Source: Anolis carolinensis (Eukaryota). Taken from it: 64,000 bases of DNA. The stretch spans positions 43,973,955-44,037,954 of the forward strand of contig NC_085843.1 in the NCBI RefSeq assembly GCF_035594765.1, written 5' to 3'. The notes below the pieces were generated by a model. It was not told where the DNA came from. It ran no database searches and was given only the letters and a program-made list of their open reading frames with translations. The position numbers and the translations under genes are program-made. Below, in pieces: positions 51,777-63,362 of this stretch. Positions within the stretch are counted from its first letter, which is position 1. Every line of letters begins with the position of its first letter.

Positions 51777-51908
51777 GATATCATCCAGCTGCATACAGAC
51801 GAGGTCGTCGTCCTTGCCAAAGCGAAGGACCAGGACTTTCTCCGCCACGGCTTTGATCGCCCCATCGACCTCCTCCTTGTTGGTGAGTTTGGGGAGAAAG
51901 AAACTCAT
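51777..51908 (-). CDS. TXNL4B: TXNL4B coding exon 1 (MSFFLPKLTNKEEVDGAIKAVAEKVLVLRFGKDDDLVCMQLDDI)
   Basis: GCCATG start, GTGAGC donor; the three exons total 450 nt = 149 aa + stop (Dim1/thioredoxin-like). Confidence 0.95.
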
Positions 51909-52135
51909 GGCGAGGTAAACAGGGAAGGCTCCCAAGGAGCTAGTACGCATGCGCCGAAGGAGCTCGTACGCATGCGCCCAAAAATCTTTCCTGGGAAGAA
52001 GCAGCTTCGTCGTCCAACTGCAGTGCCTTCTGATTGGCTAGGAATGTGACCAATCGTCGAAATACAATTTAGCGCCTCACTTTCCCTTCGCCTGTTAACG
52101 GAACTATCGAGCAGCGTACTGACTTCCGGGGAAGG
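51909..52135. promoter_or_regulatory. Bidirectional TXNL4B/TRMT10C promoter
   Basis: Two NRF1-like TACGCATGCGC (51944, 51967), opposed CCAAT boxes (ATTGG near 52033, CCAAT near 52050), ETS ACTTCCGG near 52122; CpG-rich. Confidence 0.8.
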
Positions 52136-52188
52136 TGATTTTGGGCGGACCTAACATGTGTGGAGCCCGCGCGGCCTCAGTTCTTTAG
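52125..52188 (+). other. TRMT10C: TRMT10C putative non-coding exon 1 (5' end approximate)
   Basis: Consensus donor TAG|GTGAGT at 52189; matching acceptor at 55171-55172. Confidence 0.65.
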
Positions 52189-52200
52189 GTGAGTCTTAAC

Positions 52201-52385
52201 CAGGAATGGGCAAACTTGGGCCCTCCAGGTGTTTTGGACTTCAACTCCCACCATTCCTCACAGCCTCAGGCCCTTTCCTTTCCCGCTTAAGCGACTGAGG
52301 GGGAAAAGGAAGGGGCCTGAGGCTGTGAGGAATGGTGGGAGTTGAAGTCCAAAACACCTGGAGGGCCCAAGTTTGCCCATGCCTG
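52201..52385. mobile_element. Fold-back hAT MITE
   Basis: Long near-perfect inverted arms; TSD GTCTTAAC. Confidence 0.9.
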
Positions 52386-53245
52386 GTCTTAACGGTACTC
52401 CTTTCCCACATAGGGGGAGAAGGTACATTACCCCCTTGGTATCCGCTGGGATTGGGTTTTGTATCTTCATTATGTACAATAACAAAAATATGCACAAATA
52501 TTAGGAGCTAATGCTTAAAGATCGCGTTATCAATAAAATGTACGTATCTCTTTCATATATATTTATTATCCCTTTCATTTTTTTTTCCTTTAGATTATTG
52601 ACTGTCATGTTTTCTCCAGTTGGCATGGCTTTTGGACTTCACTTGTGAATTAGACACTGCTTATTTAGCAGATGTAAGTTAAGGAACGTGGTGCATATTT
52701 TGTTTTGTGTGTGTGAAAGTAACCATAACAGGGACTGTTGGCTGGGAGTCTCCGGCGCTTGTGCTTGAATTTCTGCATGTAAATTCCTACACCAAATTTC
52801 CAATTTCGCTTCTGCACCACAATGAATTTTTTATGTTGTATGCTGCTTTGAATCCCACCCACAGAAGAAAAGCAGGATAGAAATGAATTAATAATAACAA
52901 CAACAACACTCACAATTCTTATATCTTAGATTTGCCATTTCTCTCTCTCCTTTTTTAGCCATTATTTTTGGTGTAATACTTCTTCATGTTTGCCATCTGG
53001 CTGTTAGACAGATTCACCCATTCTTTCTTTCTGTATTAGAAGGCTGGAATCCATACTTCAGGTGATCACTTTTGGAGATAGCAACCTTCTCAAGTCTCCT
53101 ATATTTAATGATCGTTTATTTTATAATGTGTCAGTTTATTTCCTGAAGTATATGTCTTATTTGGTTTGCAGTTATCTTGGCTCTATGTACTTAACAGAGT
53201 GGGAAGGCCTGTAGACCATGTGACTGGTTCAGTTACAGTTTAGAA

Positions 53246-53812
53246 TAGGCATGGGAAAACTAAGGCGGGGGGGGGGGAAATCCCCCCCCCCCGAGTGCTT
53301 ATCTCAGGGCCCCCTCTTTTTCCTGTCTTTTTGGCAAAATAACATGGTGGCTCGTCATGTCCTTATGCCAAAAAGATGGGGGAAGGAAGGCATATAATAG
53401 CCGAGAACCCTCTGGAGCGCTCTCGGCCACCATGTGTCTTGTTCTCTTCCCGACATAGGGATGGTGCAACCTCTTTTGTATGTCAGGAGGACGGCTCGAG
53501 GAAGGCACACAGCGGGTGAAAGACCTCCAGAGCACTCTCAGCTGCTGCCTGTGCCAGGAGGACAGCCCAAGAATCAGGAGGGAGGATAGGGTCGGCACTG
53601 CATGTCTTGCCTTTCTCCTGGCATAAGGATGGGGCGAGCAGGCTCCTCCTTGTGCAGGGAGGACAATCTGAGGATGGCCTGGACCTCTCTTGGCCCTGCC
53701 TTCTCCCTGGCCCTCCCCACCCAGCATGTGCCCGGCCCAGCTCCCTTCTTGTCCAGCCCTTCTGGCTGATCCCACAATGTGGCCTCAAGGCAAAGAAGTT
53801 TGCCCATGCCTA
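53246..53812. mobile_element. hAT non-autonomous element
   Basis: TAGGCATGGG..AACT / AAGTTTGCCCATGCCTA termini; imperfect TSD. Confidence 0.7.
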
Positions 53813-54143
53813 GTTTGAAATGTTTAGTTTTTAAAAGATGACAGAAGACAGTTGAGGCTCAAGTCTGTTAGAGTGCAGAAGCCAATGTTAGAAGTTAGAA
53901 GTCAGTTAAGGGTTGGGTTTCTTTAGAAGTAGATTGTTATAAAAGAAAGCTATACAGAGCAATATAGTTTGGAAGAGACTGTTAAAGACAATAAGTTAAA
54001 GGTACAAACTGAAATGTTTTAAAGCTTAACCTGACAAGAAATGTACCTGTATCTTTAAATACATGAAGTTATGAGTAAACAAACATATTATTTTCAAAGA
54101 AGTCTGCTTGAATCTTTGTCTGCTGAAAGCATCAATAGAAACA

Positions 54144-54174
<31 letters not shown>

Positions 54175-54399
54175 CCCAGTGATCATCCATTTCCCAAGAA
54201 ACTAAAAGAACATTCCTGAAACTCTGCTACCCAATAGGTTATGATCCTAACAGGTCATAATCACCATTAAGTTGTGATCCTTACAGGTCATAATCCAATA
54301 GCCCAATAATCACATAGATTGAATGGTATGCATGTTTATTTCTGGAAACATAAGAGATCCCATGGTGGCAATATCTGTTCCTGGCTTTTATGTTGATTA

Positions 54400-55100
54400 A
54401 GATCATAGTTGGAAGAGACCATAAGGGCCACCCAGTCTAATCCCTGCCATGTGAAGGACACACAATGCAAGTACCCTCGACAGATGCACATCCAGTCTCC
54501 TCTTAAAAACCCACAGAGAAGAAGTGACTCCTGTATTCCCAAGCAGCATATTCACTGCTGAAAAGCTCTTACCATCAGGAACGTTTTCATAATGTTTAGG
54601 TGGAATCTCTTTTCCTGCAGCGTGAATTCATTGCTTCATAGCCCAGGGTGTATCTACATTGTAAAATTAACCGCCATGGCTCAATGCTATTAGAATCATG
54701 GGATTTGTAGTTTGGGGTGACACCAACACTTTGATGGAGAAGGCTAAAGACCTTTAAAAGATAAACTCGTGATTCCATAGTATTGAGCCTGGGCCATTAA
54801 AGTGGTGTCAAACTGCATTAATTCTACAGTGTAGATGTACCCTTTGTCTCCACAGCAGCAGAAAGCAAGCTTTCCCCCTCCTCAGTATGATAGCCTCTCA
54901 AATATTTAGGCATGGCTATCATGTCCTTTCTCAACCATCTCTTCTCCAAGCTAAACATACCCAGCTTCCTCAGCTTTGCTTTTAGACCTTTGGCCATTTT
55001 GGTTGCCCTCCTCTGGACATGTTCCAACTTGTCAATATCCTTCTTGAATTGTGGTGCACAGAACTGGACATAGTACTCCAGATGAAGTCTGACCAATACA
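54400..55100 (-). mobile_element. CR1 LINE 3' fragment interrupted by a palindromic MITE (about 54646-54843)
   Basis: [34 protein letters not shown]1 RT C-terminal motif. Confidence 0.85.
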
Positions 55101-55198
55101 GAATAGATCCAATTGCATTTGTGCTTCCATGTACTAATACTGATTTTTTCTTATTTTCTTTCTATATTGCAGAAGTGCTGCACACCATATTTCCTACT

Positions 55199-56497
55199 AT
55201 GAATACTTTAAATATGTATCTATTGAATGTTGTCCGAAGATCTGTACAGTTGGCTATACAAAATAGAATGAAAAAGGATATATTTTTAGTAACACCCAGC
55301 AAGGTGATGACTTGCAGGACATTGTTTTTGTCTGCTTGGTTGAACAAAAATACTGCACCAAGTATAACGGAGAAATTAGACTTGGATGGATGGAAAGATG
55401 TAATGCGAACTACTGTGCAAGAAGAAATCAGGGAAGGAACATCCGAGAGTGAGGAAGACCCCCGTGTTGCAGCTACTAGGGAACTTATTGAGATGTGGAG
55501 GCTTTCAGGTAAAGCTGTTCCAGAAAATATCAGTGAACAGGACTTAAAGATCCTAATAGAATCTCCAACTAAAACTTCCAAAAAGAAATATTTACAATTC
55601 TTGGCTAAAAAAGAAATTCTGAAGAAAGTCAAGAAAGAAAAGAAGGAGAAACAAAAGGCAGAAAAAAGAGAATTAAATCCACCAACTCAGGAAGATGGTG
55701 ATCGTGAACTAAAAAATACATTTCTCTTAAAGTTTTGGTCCAGATCAGAAGATGCTCTCTACAATTGGAGAGCTGCACAGGCTATGATCTTTGGTCAGCC
55801 TCTGGTGTTTGACATGGATTATGAAAACTGTATGTCACGTAGAGAAATGGAAAATGCAGTAAAACAGTTGTTGGAATCTGAAGGCATGAATCGTAGGGCT
55901 CTGGACCCATTTCACTTGCATTATTGCAATTTCAAGACAGATGGTGCCTATCACAAAGAATTGATCAAACGCTATGGTGATGCATGGGACAAGTTATTTG
56001 TGACAGTGACGGAAAAGGCTCATGTTGAGGTCTTCCCACAAGATCAACTTGTGTATTTGACTGCCGATTCTCCCAATGTAATGCAAAGGTTTGAGCATGA
56101 TAAAATCTATATAATTGGATCCCTAGTTGATAAGTCTATACAGACAGGGGTCTCCCTCGCACGTGCAAAACGGCTGAACTTGGCAACAGCCCGACTTCCT
56201 TTGGACAAATACTTGCAGTGGGAGGAAGGAGCGAAAAATCTCACTCTGAATCAGATGGTGTCTATCTTACTAACCCTGAAAGATACTGGAGACTGGAAGA
56301 AAGCTTTGCAGTTTGTTCCAACCAGGAAACATGCAGGCTTCATGGATGTGTCTTTTTCAAAGAATCAGATTGAGGCATGGAAGAAGTCGAAAATACATGA
56401 GAGAAGAGTGAGCCAAGAAAAGTCTCAGAAATCATTTTCAGCAGATTCTTCCAGACAACAAGTACAGAAGAAGTGGTGGGAAGATATATCTGAATAG
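55199..56497 (+). CDS. TRMT10C: Mitochondrial tRNA m1R9 methyltransferase / RNase P protein 1 (MRPP1), 432 aa
   Basis: Single coding exon after acceptor 55171-55172; SPOUT motifs VYLTADSPN, IYIIG..VD, A.LPLDKYL.W, LTLNQM; FGQPLVFDM; basic N-terminal presequence-like region. Confidence 0.95.
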   Translation: MNTLNMYLLNVVRRSVQLAIQNRMKKDIFLVTPSKVMTCRTLFLSAWLNKNTAPSITEKLDLDGWKDVMRTTVQEEIREGTSESEEDPRVAATRELIEMWRLSGKAVPENISEQDLKILIESPTKTSKKKYLQFLAKKEILKKVKKEKKEKQKAEKRELNPPTQEDGDRELKNTFLLKFWSRSEDALYNWRAAQAMIFGQPLVFDMDYENCMSRREMENAVKQLLESEGMNRRALDPFHLHYCNFKTDGAYHKELIKRYGDAWDKLFVTVTEKAHVEVFPQDQLVYLTADSPNVMQRFEHDKIYIIGSLVDKSIQTGVSLARAKRLNLATARLPLDKYLQWEEGAKNLTLNQMVSILLTLKDTGDWKKALQFVPTRKHAGFMDVSFSKNQIEAWKKSKIHERRVSQEKSQKSFSADSSRQQVQKKWWEDISE

Positions 56498-58735
56498 CAT
56501 ATTAGTCAGCCTGTTATGCCTGATTGAAATCTAATTTAAATCATTGTTTAGCTTTTCACTATTTGAAAAGTTTCTCTAGCACTCTCAAGACACCGTGGTT
56601 TTGACAAGAACGTGTTCAACTTTTCTTCAAAAGTTGGAGAAATTCCCTTGAATTGTGCCTAGTGTCATTCACTGTTTAGTGACAGGAGAAAATAAAGAGA
56701 TTGAAAAACCCAATGACAAAAAAATGTGGACGTTATGCCTTTCACTACTGTGTAGCCCCTCTTCCCCGATTTCTAGTGAGGGAATCAATGATTTCTGGCC
56801 CTGGCAGCCATTTTTTTTCTAACAATAATATATGATGGGGCCAGAAAAGATTTGTATTCATAACTGCAAATTTCATGATGCAATAAATAAGTAAATAAAA
56901 ATTTAGAAATCCATAGACATAGAGAAGGAAAAGCAATGTAATGGCCAGTTTCCCACACTTGAGGCAATATAACTTGCAGTTGCTTTAAAATACCTTGTTT
57001 GAGCAATGAGCCCATGATTTGGTAGTTTACAATTCCGCCAATTTTATGGGGTTTATAAATATTGTGGGTATGTATAAGTATTTGTATAGCTGTGATTATG
57101 CTAGAAAATAAAGTCTAGTTTGGCTTATTTTTATTTATTTGCTTTATTTTCCTCCAGCCTTTCTCCAATATTGGGACTCAGGGCAGCTAACAGCAGATAC
57201 GATGCCAGGTCTCTTGACAATGAGGTGGCAGGATTAAGTAAAAACATAGTCAATCTGAAATTCAGAGGTATCCAACTAGATCTTTCAGCATTTTGCTTAC
57301 AACTGTGGTGTCAGTGTTTCTTCATAAGGAGATAGCTGAATATAATATTTGCTCAAAAAATTAGAGGGTTTTTTTTTACTTAAAACCCAGGCCTTGTGAT
57401 TGCTGAGTTTTCTATTGGGATGGTGCTGCTTCAAAGTGCATTCATAGAAATCTTAAGATGAGCACAGAAGCGCTGCTTCTGAACCACACTTTCTATGGAA
57501 CTTAAGTAGTTCTCTCTTTTTCTCCCAGAAACTAGTGCTAATTGGCACTGAATTGATGATAGGCATAATTTACCATGGATGTGGTTTATCCTCTCCTAAG
57601 TCACCTTAATTTGTGTCTGTTATGACATATTGGCCATTTTATGTGCAAAAGCTGTGTCTGTGTATATACGGCATGAGCAAACTGAGACCCTCCAGGTGTT
57701 TTGGACTTCAGCTCCCACAATTGCTAATAGCCTACCCAGTTTGCCCATGCCTGGTGTATATATATAGATTGAGCATTCCCAATCTGGAATTCTGAAATCA
57801 AAACACTCTCAAAATTGAAAACTCCATGTGTGGCTGAGATAGTGACATCTTTGCTGACGATTAAGTGTGCACAAATTTTGTTTCATGCACAAAAATTATT
57901 AAAGCCATTGTATAAATCTACCTTAAAGCTATGTGTATAAGGTATATAAAAATAATATAAAACATAAAGTTTGTGTTTAGATTTGAGTCTCATATCTGAG
58001 ATATCTCATCTGTGTATATACAAATACAGGTATTCCAAAGTCCAAAAAACATCTTGTCCCAAGCACATGGGGATACTCGGTGTGAATGTGTGTATACAAC
58101 TCTGATTAAATTCATGGGGTCAGCATAAGCCAGGTGTATTGCCTTCAAAATGCCTGTCAATTTATGATGACCTCATTAATTTCATAGAGTTTTCTTAGGC
58201 AAAGAATACTTGGAAGTGGTTTTGCCAATTTCTTCCTCTGAAATAAAGCCTACAGCCCCTGGTATTCGTTGGTGGTCTCCCATCCAAGAGGGCAGATCCT
58301 GCTAAGCTTCCAAGATCAGGCAATGTGTAGCTTTGGGATATTTCTTTGTCCAAAACGTACTGCTCATAACTGAGTTCTACAATCATGAGAAAATGAGATT
58401 TCGGTCCCACTTTTGCTTCACCAGATAGAACAGGAAACCACTTTGCAGCTTTTAAGGAGAGTCAATATTGTGTCTAAGGGTGCATACACACTGTAGAAAG
58501 AATGCAGTTTGACACCAATTTTCCATGGCTCAATGCTATGGAATCCTACAAGTTGTGGTTTGGTGAGGTATAGGTATTATATAAATATATTTTTTCTCAA
58601 AGAAGACACACGAAGGGCAACACTAAAAATTCTAAGAAGTGTAAATTGAAACTTAAACATACACTTCTTAAAATATTAAATATAATACAGTACTGTTAAA
58701 ATATATAGTTTAAGCCAATATTTTTTGCAGAGTAT

Positions 58736-59981
58736 TGTCAAGAGTCAGACGCCAGTTAACAAACAAAACAGAGTTTATTCCGAAGATAAGCCAAAAATAA
58801 CATAAACACAGAAAGTAACCTTGAAACACTTCACTTATCAGTGTTTCAAGAGTAGTTTGGACAAAAATAACTCAAAACAAGCCACGCTATTTTCCCATGC
58901 TGGCATTCAAATAAAAACTAAAAGACGCTTCAATTCAGCTTTGGAGAACAAATAGAGTTGACTGCAAGAAAATATGCAAAATAAACAAAGGCTCAGAAGC
59001 TGCAGAGTATAACTGAAAGTGCAAAAGCCTCTTTTGGCTTCAAACCGTTTCTGAAAACAGACAGCCGGCTCTGCAGATTTAAAGGGACAGTTCCCAAAAG
59101 AAAAACAGCAAACTGGCTTGTAAACATACAAACTAGAAGAGCAGTAAACTGCTTCCACGGTGCAGATAAAGCCGAAAGCTTCAAAGGGATGATGAATAGC
59201 CGTTGTCAGGAGAATCCAAGGTCAGGTCAGGAGACAGCAGCAAATTCCGAAAGGCAAACCAGTAGTCAGAAGCCGGGAGTAGTCGTCAGTCAGAGGGCGT
59301 AGACAGAAGCCAGGTCAAATTCAATACAAAGTCCGAAGAGGGTGCAGTCATCCAAATCAGGTCCACGATAAGACACAGCGAGAGCCAAGCCAGATGGTAT
59401 CAGCAGATCCGAATCACAGTCCAAGTCCAGTCTTCACGGAAACACAGAGATCCCAATGGCGCCTCAGCAACACCTTGCCACACGCAAAGTGCAGTGGCCA
59501 AACATTCCCATTTTATTCCCCTTCCTCCTGGGTGACCAAACACTCACACCCAAACACCAGGTGTCCCAAATCGACAGCTAGAGCTCGTGGATCCGGAGTA
59601 CCTAGCAATTCGTCGGAGTCCCAATCATCCTGCCCACACTTAGCCCCATGAACACTTAAAGAACCATCCTCCCTTCTCCAAGCATCCCAAGTGGGATCAG
59701 CTCCTGCAGAAACCCCAGGTTCAGTGGTATCCATAGGCCCCAAATCCCCAGACATCTCCGGTGGCTGTGCCCATTCAGCGCCCACTTCCCCAGCCACCAC
59801 CTGTTCCTCAGCATCCATTTCCCCAAACTCCCCATCTGAATCTTCCTCAGAAGATCCCCCATATAGCTCTCTAAGTCGCTTCCTGCGCAACTCCTCCAGT
59901 GAACCCTCATCACGAGGGTTTTTTCTTCCTCTTCGAATCCCATCACCATCAACCATAATCCCTGAAGGCGCAGTCACAACA
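58736..59981 (-). mobile_element. Solo LTR (Gypsy-like)
   Basis: TG...CA ends, 4-bp TSD GTAT, minus-strand AATAAA near 58775. Confidence 0.75.
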
Positions 59982-60376
59982 GTATTGAATGAGGATATAC
60001 TGTATTGGGTACTTTTTCCTTTATTCCATTTTGTGGATAACAGCACCTTTTTCTTGGAGATACTGTTCAGAATGAAATATGCCCAGAAAAGATAATTTTA
60101 ACTTTTTCATACAACCCCCTTCTAAAAGTTAAAATAATGTAAACATTAAAATATAATTAAATATAGGGCTATGAAAATACATAGTTAAATACTCTTTGGC
60201 AGAAAAGGCTGAAGACTCCCAGGATTCCATAGAACCAAGACATGGCATTTAAAGTGGCATCAAACTGGGTTGCTGTGAGTTTTCTGGGCTGTATGGCCAT
60301 TTTCCAGAAGCATTCTCTCCTGATGTTTCGCCCATATCTATGGGAGGCAGCCTCTTGAGATTGTGGGGTCTGTAAG

Positions 60377-61225
60377 AATCATAGAATAGTAGAGTTGGAA
60401 GAGACTTCATGGGCCATCCAGTCCAACCCCCTGCCAAGAAGCAGGAAATCGCATTGAAAGCACCCCCGACAGATGGCCACCCAGCCTCTGCTTAAAAGCC
60501 TCCAAAGAAGGAGCCTCCATCACAGTTCGGGGGAGAGAGTTCCACTGCTGAACAGCTCTCACAGTGAGGAAGTTCTTCCTAATGTTCAGGTGGAATCTCC
60601 TTTCCTATAGTTTGAAGCCATTGTTCCGCGTCCTAGTCTGCAGGGCAGCAGAAAACAAGCTTGCTCCCTCCTCCCTATGACTTCCCCTCACATAGTTGTA
60701 TATGGCTATCATGTCTCCTCTCAGCCTTCTCTTCTGCAGGCTAAACATACCCAGCTCTTTAAGCCGCTCCTCGTAGGGTTTGTTCTCCAGACCCTTGATC
60801 ATTTTAGTTGCCCTCCTCTGGACGCTTTCCAGCTTGTCAACATCTCCCTTCAACTGTGGTGCCCAGAATTGGACACAGTATTCCAGGTGTGGTCTGACCA
60901 AGGCAGAATAGAGGGGGAGCATGACTTCCCTGGATCTAGATGCTATACCCCTATTTATGCAGGCCAGAATCCCGTTGGCTTTTTTTAGCAGCTGCATCAC
61001 ATTGTTGGCTCATGTTTAACTTGTTGTCCACGAGGACTCCAAGATCTTTTTCACACGTACTGCTGTCGAGCCAGGCATCCCCCATTCTGTATCTTTGCAT
61101 TCCATTTTTTCTGCCAAAGTGAAATACCTTGCATTTGTCCCTGTTGAACTTCATTTTTTTTTAGTTTCGGCCCATCTCTCTAGTCTGTTAAAATCGTTTC
61201 GAATTCTGCTCCTGTCTTCTGGAGT
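60377..61225 (-). mobile_element. Young CR1 LINE 3' fragment nested in Penelope-like sequence
   Basis: Well-preserved RT C-terminus ([19 protein letters not shown]...VQRRATKMI) and ATTCTAT 3' repeat. Confidence 0.9.
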
Positions 61226-61661
61226 GTCCACAGGCTCGTGGATTTCAATGGCTTCTCTGTGTAGATACATGGTAGTTGTTAGAGTGGTCCAGCATTTCTC
61301 GAATAATATGCTGTGTCCAGCTTGGTTCATCAAGTGCTCTGCTATGGCTGACTTCTCTGGTTGACGTTGGCAGTAAGCAGCCAAGCTTTGAAGCTACAAG
61401 GCTATTCAATGCTAATCAGGGTGATCAATTGCAACAGTCACACTTGCCTCAAACAGACAAATGTTCTTTCTGCCATCTTGGACCTTCCACAGATATATAA
61501 AACCCCATTTGCCTAGTTTACAACAAACCTCACAACCTCTGAGGATGCCTGCCATAGATGTGGGTGAAACATCAGGAGGAACGTTTCTAGAAAATGGCCA
61601 TACAACCAGGAAAACTCACAGCAACCCAGTGATCCCGGCCATGAAAGCCTCCGACAACACA
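61225..61661. mobile_element. Penelope-like fragments (other part at 60266-60376)
   Basis: QPEKSAIAEHLMNQAGHSILFE...LHREAIEIH GIY-YIG remnant plus inverted terminal repeat. Confidence 0.75.
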
Positions 61662-61789
61662 TTGGTATTGAACTGCTCAGCCCCCCAGTTGTGGTCCCTT
61701 TATTGGCTCTCTTTGCTTTGAAACCTCAACTCCCAGAAGTCCCAGCCGGTTTGGTCGATTGCCAGGAATGCTGGGAGTTGAAGTCCCAA

Positions 61790-61923
61790 GAACCAACGTT
61801 TCTCAAACCGGAAGTCTCGGCGCCTCAAGGCACAGATCTCAACATACGGAGTAAAGGGACGCTACGGCGCATGCTCAGAACGCGAAGGCAGCGGCGGCGA
61901 GGAGGAGGCGGCGGCGGGGGAAA
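61790..61923 (+). promoter_or_regulatory. PCNP CpG-island promoter / 5' UTR
   Basis: ETS ACCGGAAGT at 61807-61815, NRF1-like GCGCATGCTC near 61867, YY1-like AAAATGGCGG over the ATG. Confidence 0.7.
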
Positions 61924-61978
61924 ATGGCGGACAGCAAGGCAGGCGAGGTGAAGCTGAAACGACCGCGGCTTGACGAAG
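61924..61978 (+). CDS. PCNP: PCNP coding exon 1 (MADSKAGEVKLKRPRLDE)
   Basis: Strong Kozak, AAG|GTAAAA phase-1 donor; resembles human MADGKAGDEK; PCNP follows TRMT10C in human. Confidence 0.75.
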
Positions 61979-62506
61979 GTAAAACTTGCGCCGTTATCTC
62001 GAGCTCCAGAAGCGTTTTTCCTGCCTGTGAGGCTGCGGTGGGAATGTGGGGTGGGATTAGAGCAAGGATTGGGTTTGCAGGGGTTCCAGGCCGGGAGAGC
62101 GGGTCGGCGGGCGGTGGGCTTCAAGCATCCCCGTTCTCCCTCGGGTGGTGGGCCCGCTCTTAAAGGCACCGCGCTCTTATGGACAGCACAAATAACGTCC
62201 GTCCTTTCGCCTTCATGGCCCGAAGGAGTTGGGTGATTGATTGGCGCCTCTGGCTTCCCAAGTCCAGCAACGCATCGCTTCAGGAAAAACGCAGCAATCT
62301 CCTGAAGGATTGCATTGCTGAACTTGGGAAGCCAGGGGCACATATGAATCCATGGATCCATTTAAAGCGCGCTGCCCAGGTTGAGTCGCCCTTCTCCAAA
62401 ATGCTGGGAACCAGAAATATTTTTGATTTCGGTTTTTTGGTTTTGTTTGGGTTTTTCTCGCGGTTTTGGGATGCCCATCTGCGTATCCAAGCGTCGTGAG
62501 ATAAAG

Positions 62507-62670
62507 CAGGCACGGGCAAACTTGGGCCCTCCAGGTGTTTTGGACTTCAACTCCCACCATTCTTAACAGCGCTTAAGCGGCCGAGAGGGAAAGGAAGGGG
62601 GCTGAGGCTGTCAGGAATGGTGGAAGTTGAAGTCCAAAACACCTAGAGGGCTCAAGTTTGCCCGTGCCTG
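62507..62670. mobile_element. Fold-back hAT MITE, same family as 52201
   Basis: CAGGCACGGGCAAACTT inverted arms. Confidence 0.85.
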
Positions 62671-62917
62671 AATTAAAGGATCAGAATAAAAACAATTAGA
62701 ATTATATTATGAGATGAATATCCTTTCACTGAAATGTTTCCGAGTTCAATTTTTGGGTTTTATTTGGAAATACCTGCATTTTCCCTTATGTACATAAACA
62801 GATGTCTTGGAGATGGAACACAAGTCCAAACAAGAAATTCATTCGTATTTCTTTATATACTTTTTACACATACTGTAAAGATAATCTTATACAGTAATTT
62901 TTAATAATTTGAACAAA

Positions 62918-63362
62918 GTGTTGTCAAAGGCTTGCATGGCTGGAATCATTGGGTTGCTATGAGTTTTCCGGGCTGTATGTTCCAGAAGCATTCTCTCTGT
63001 TCTTTCACCCACATCTATGGCCAGCATCCTCAGAGGTTGTGGGGTCTGTTGGAAACTAGGCAGTTGGGGTTTATATATCTGTGGAATGTCCATGGAGGGA
63101 GAAAGAACTCTTATCTGTTTGAGGCAAATGTGAATAGTGCAATTGGCCACCTTGATTAGCATTGAATAGCCTTGCAGCGTCAAAGCTTGGCTGCTTCCTG
63201 CCTGGGGAATCATTTGATGTGTTAGATATCCCTGATTGATTCATGTCTGGAATTCCTCTGTTTTCTGAGTGTTGTTCTTTATTTACTCTCCTGATTTTAG
63301 AGGTTTTTTTTTATTACTGGTAGCCAGATTTTGTTCATTTTCATGGTTTCCTCCTTTCTGCT
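62918..63362. mobile_element. Penelope-like fragment
   Basis: Same family as 50895. Confidence 0.75.

Noticed and set aside
53299-53813. Overlapping GC-rich ORFs
   Set aside because: Inside a hAT non-autonomous element with no recognisable protein motifs or splice logic
55019-55198. N-terminal extension of the 492-aa ORF
   Set aside because: Lies in an antisense CR1 fragment and an intronic polypyrimidine tract upstream of the acceptor at 55172
61825-62560. Long antisense and sense ORFs over the PCNP start
   Set aside because: Expected stop-poor frames in a CpG island; only 61924-61978 has start, donor and homology support
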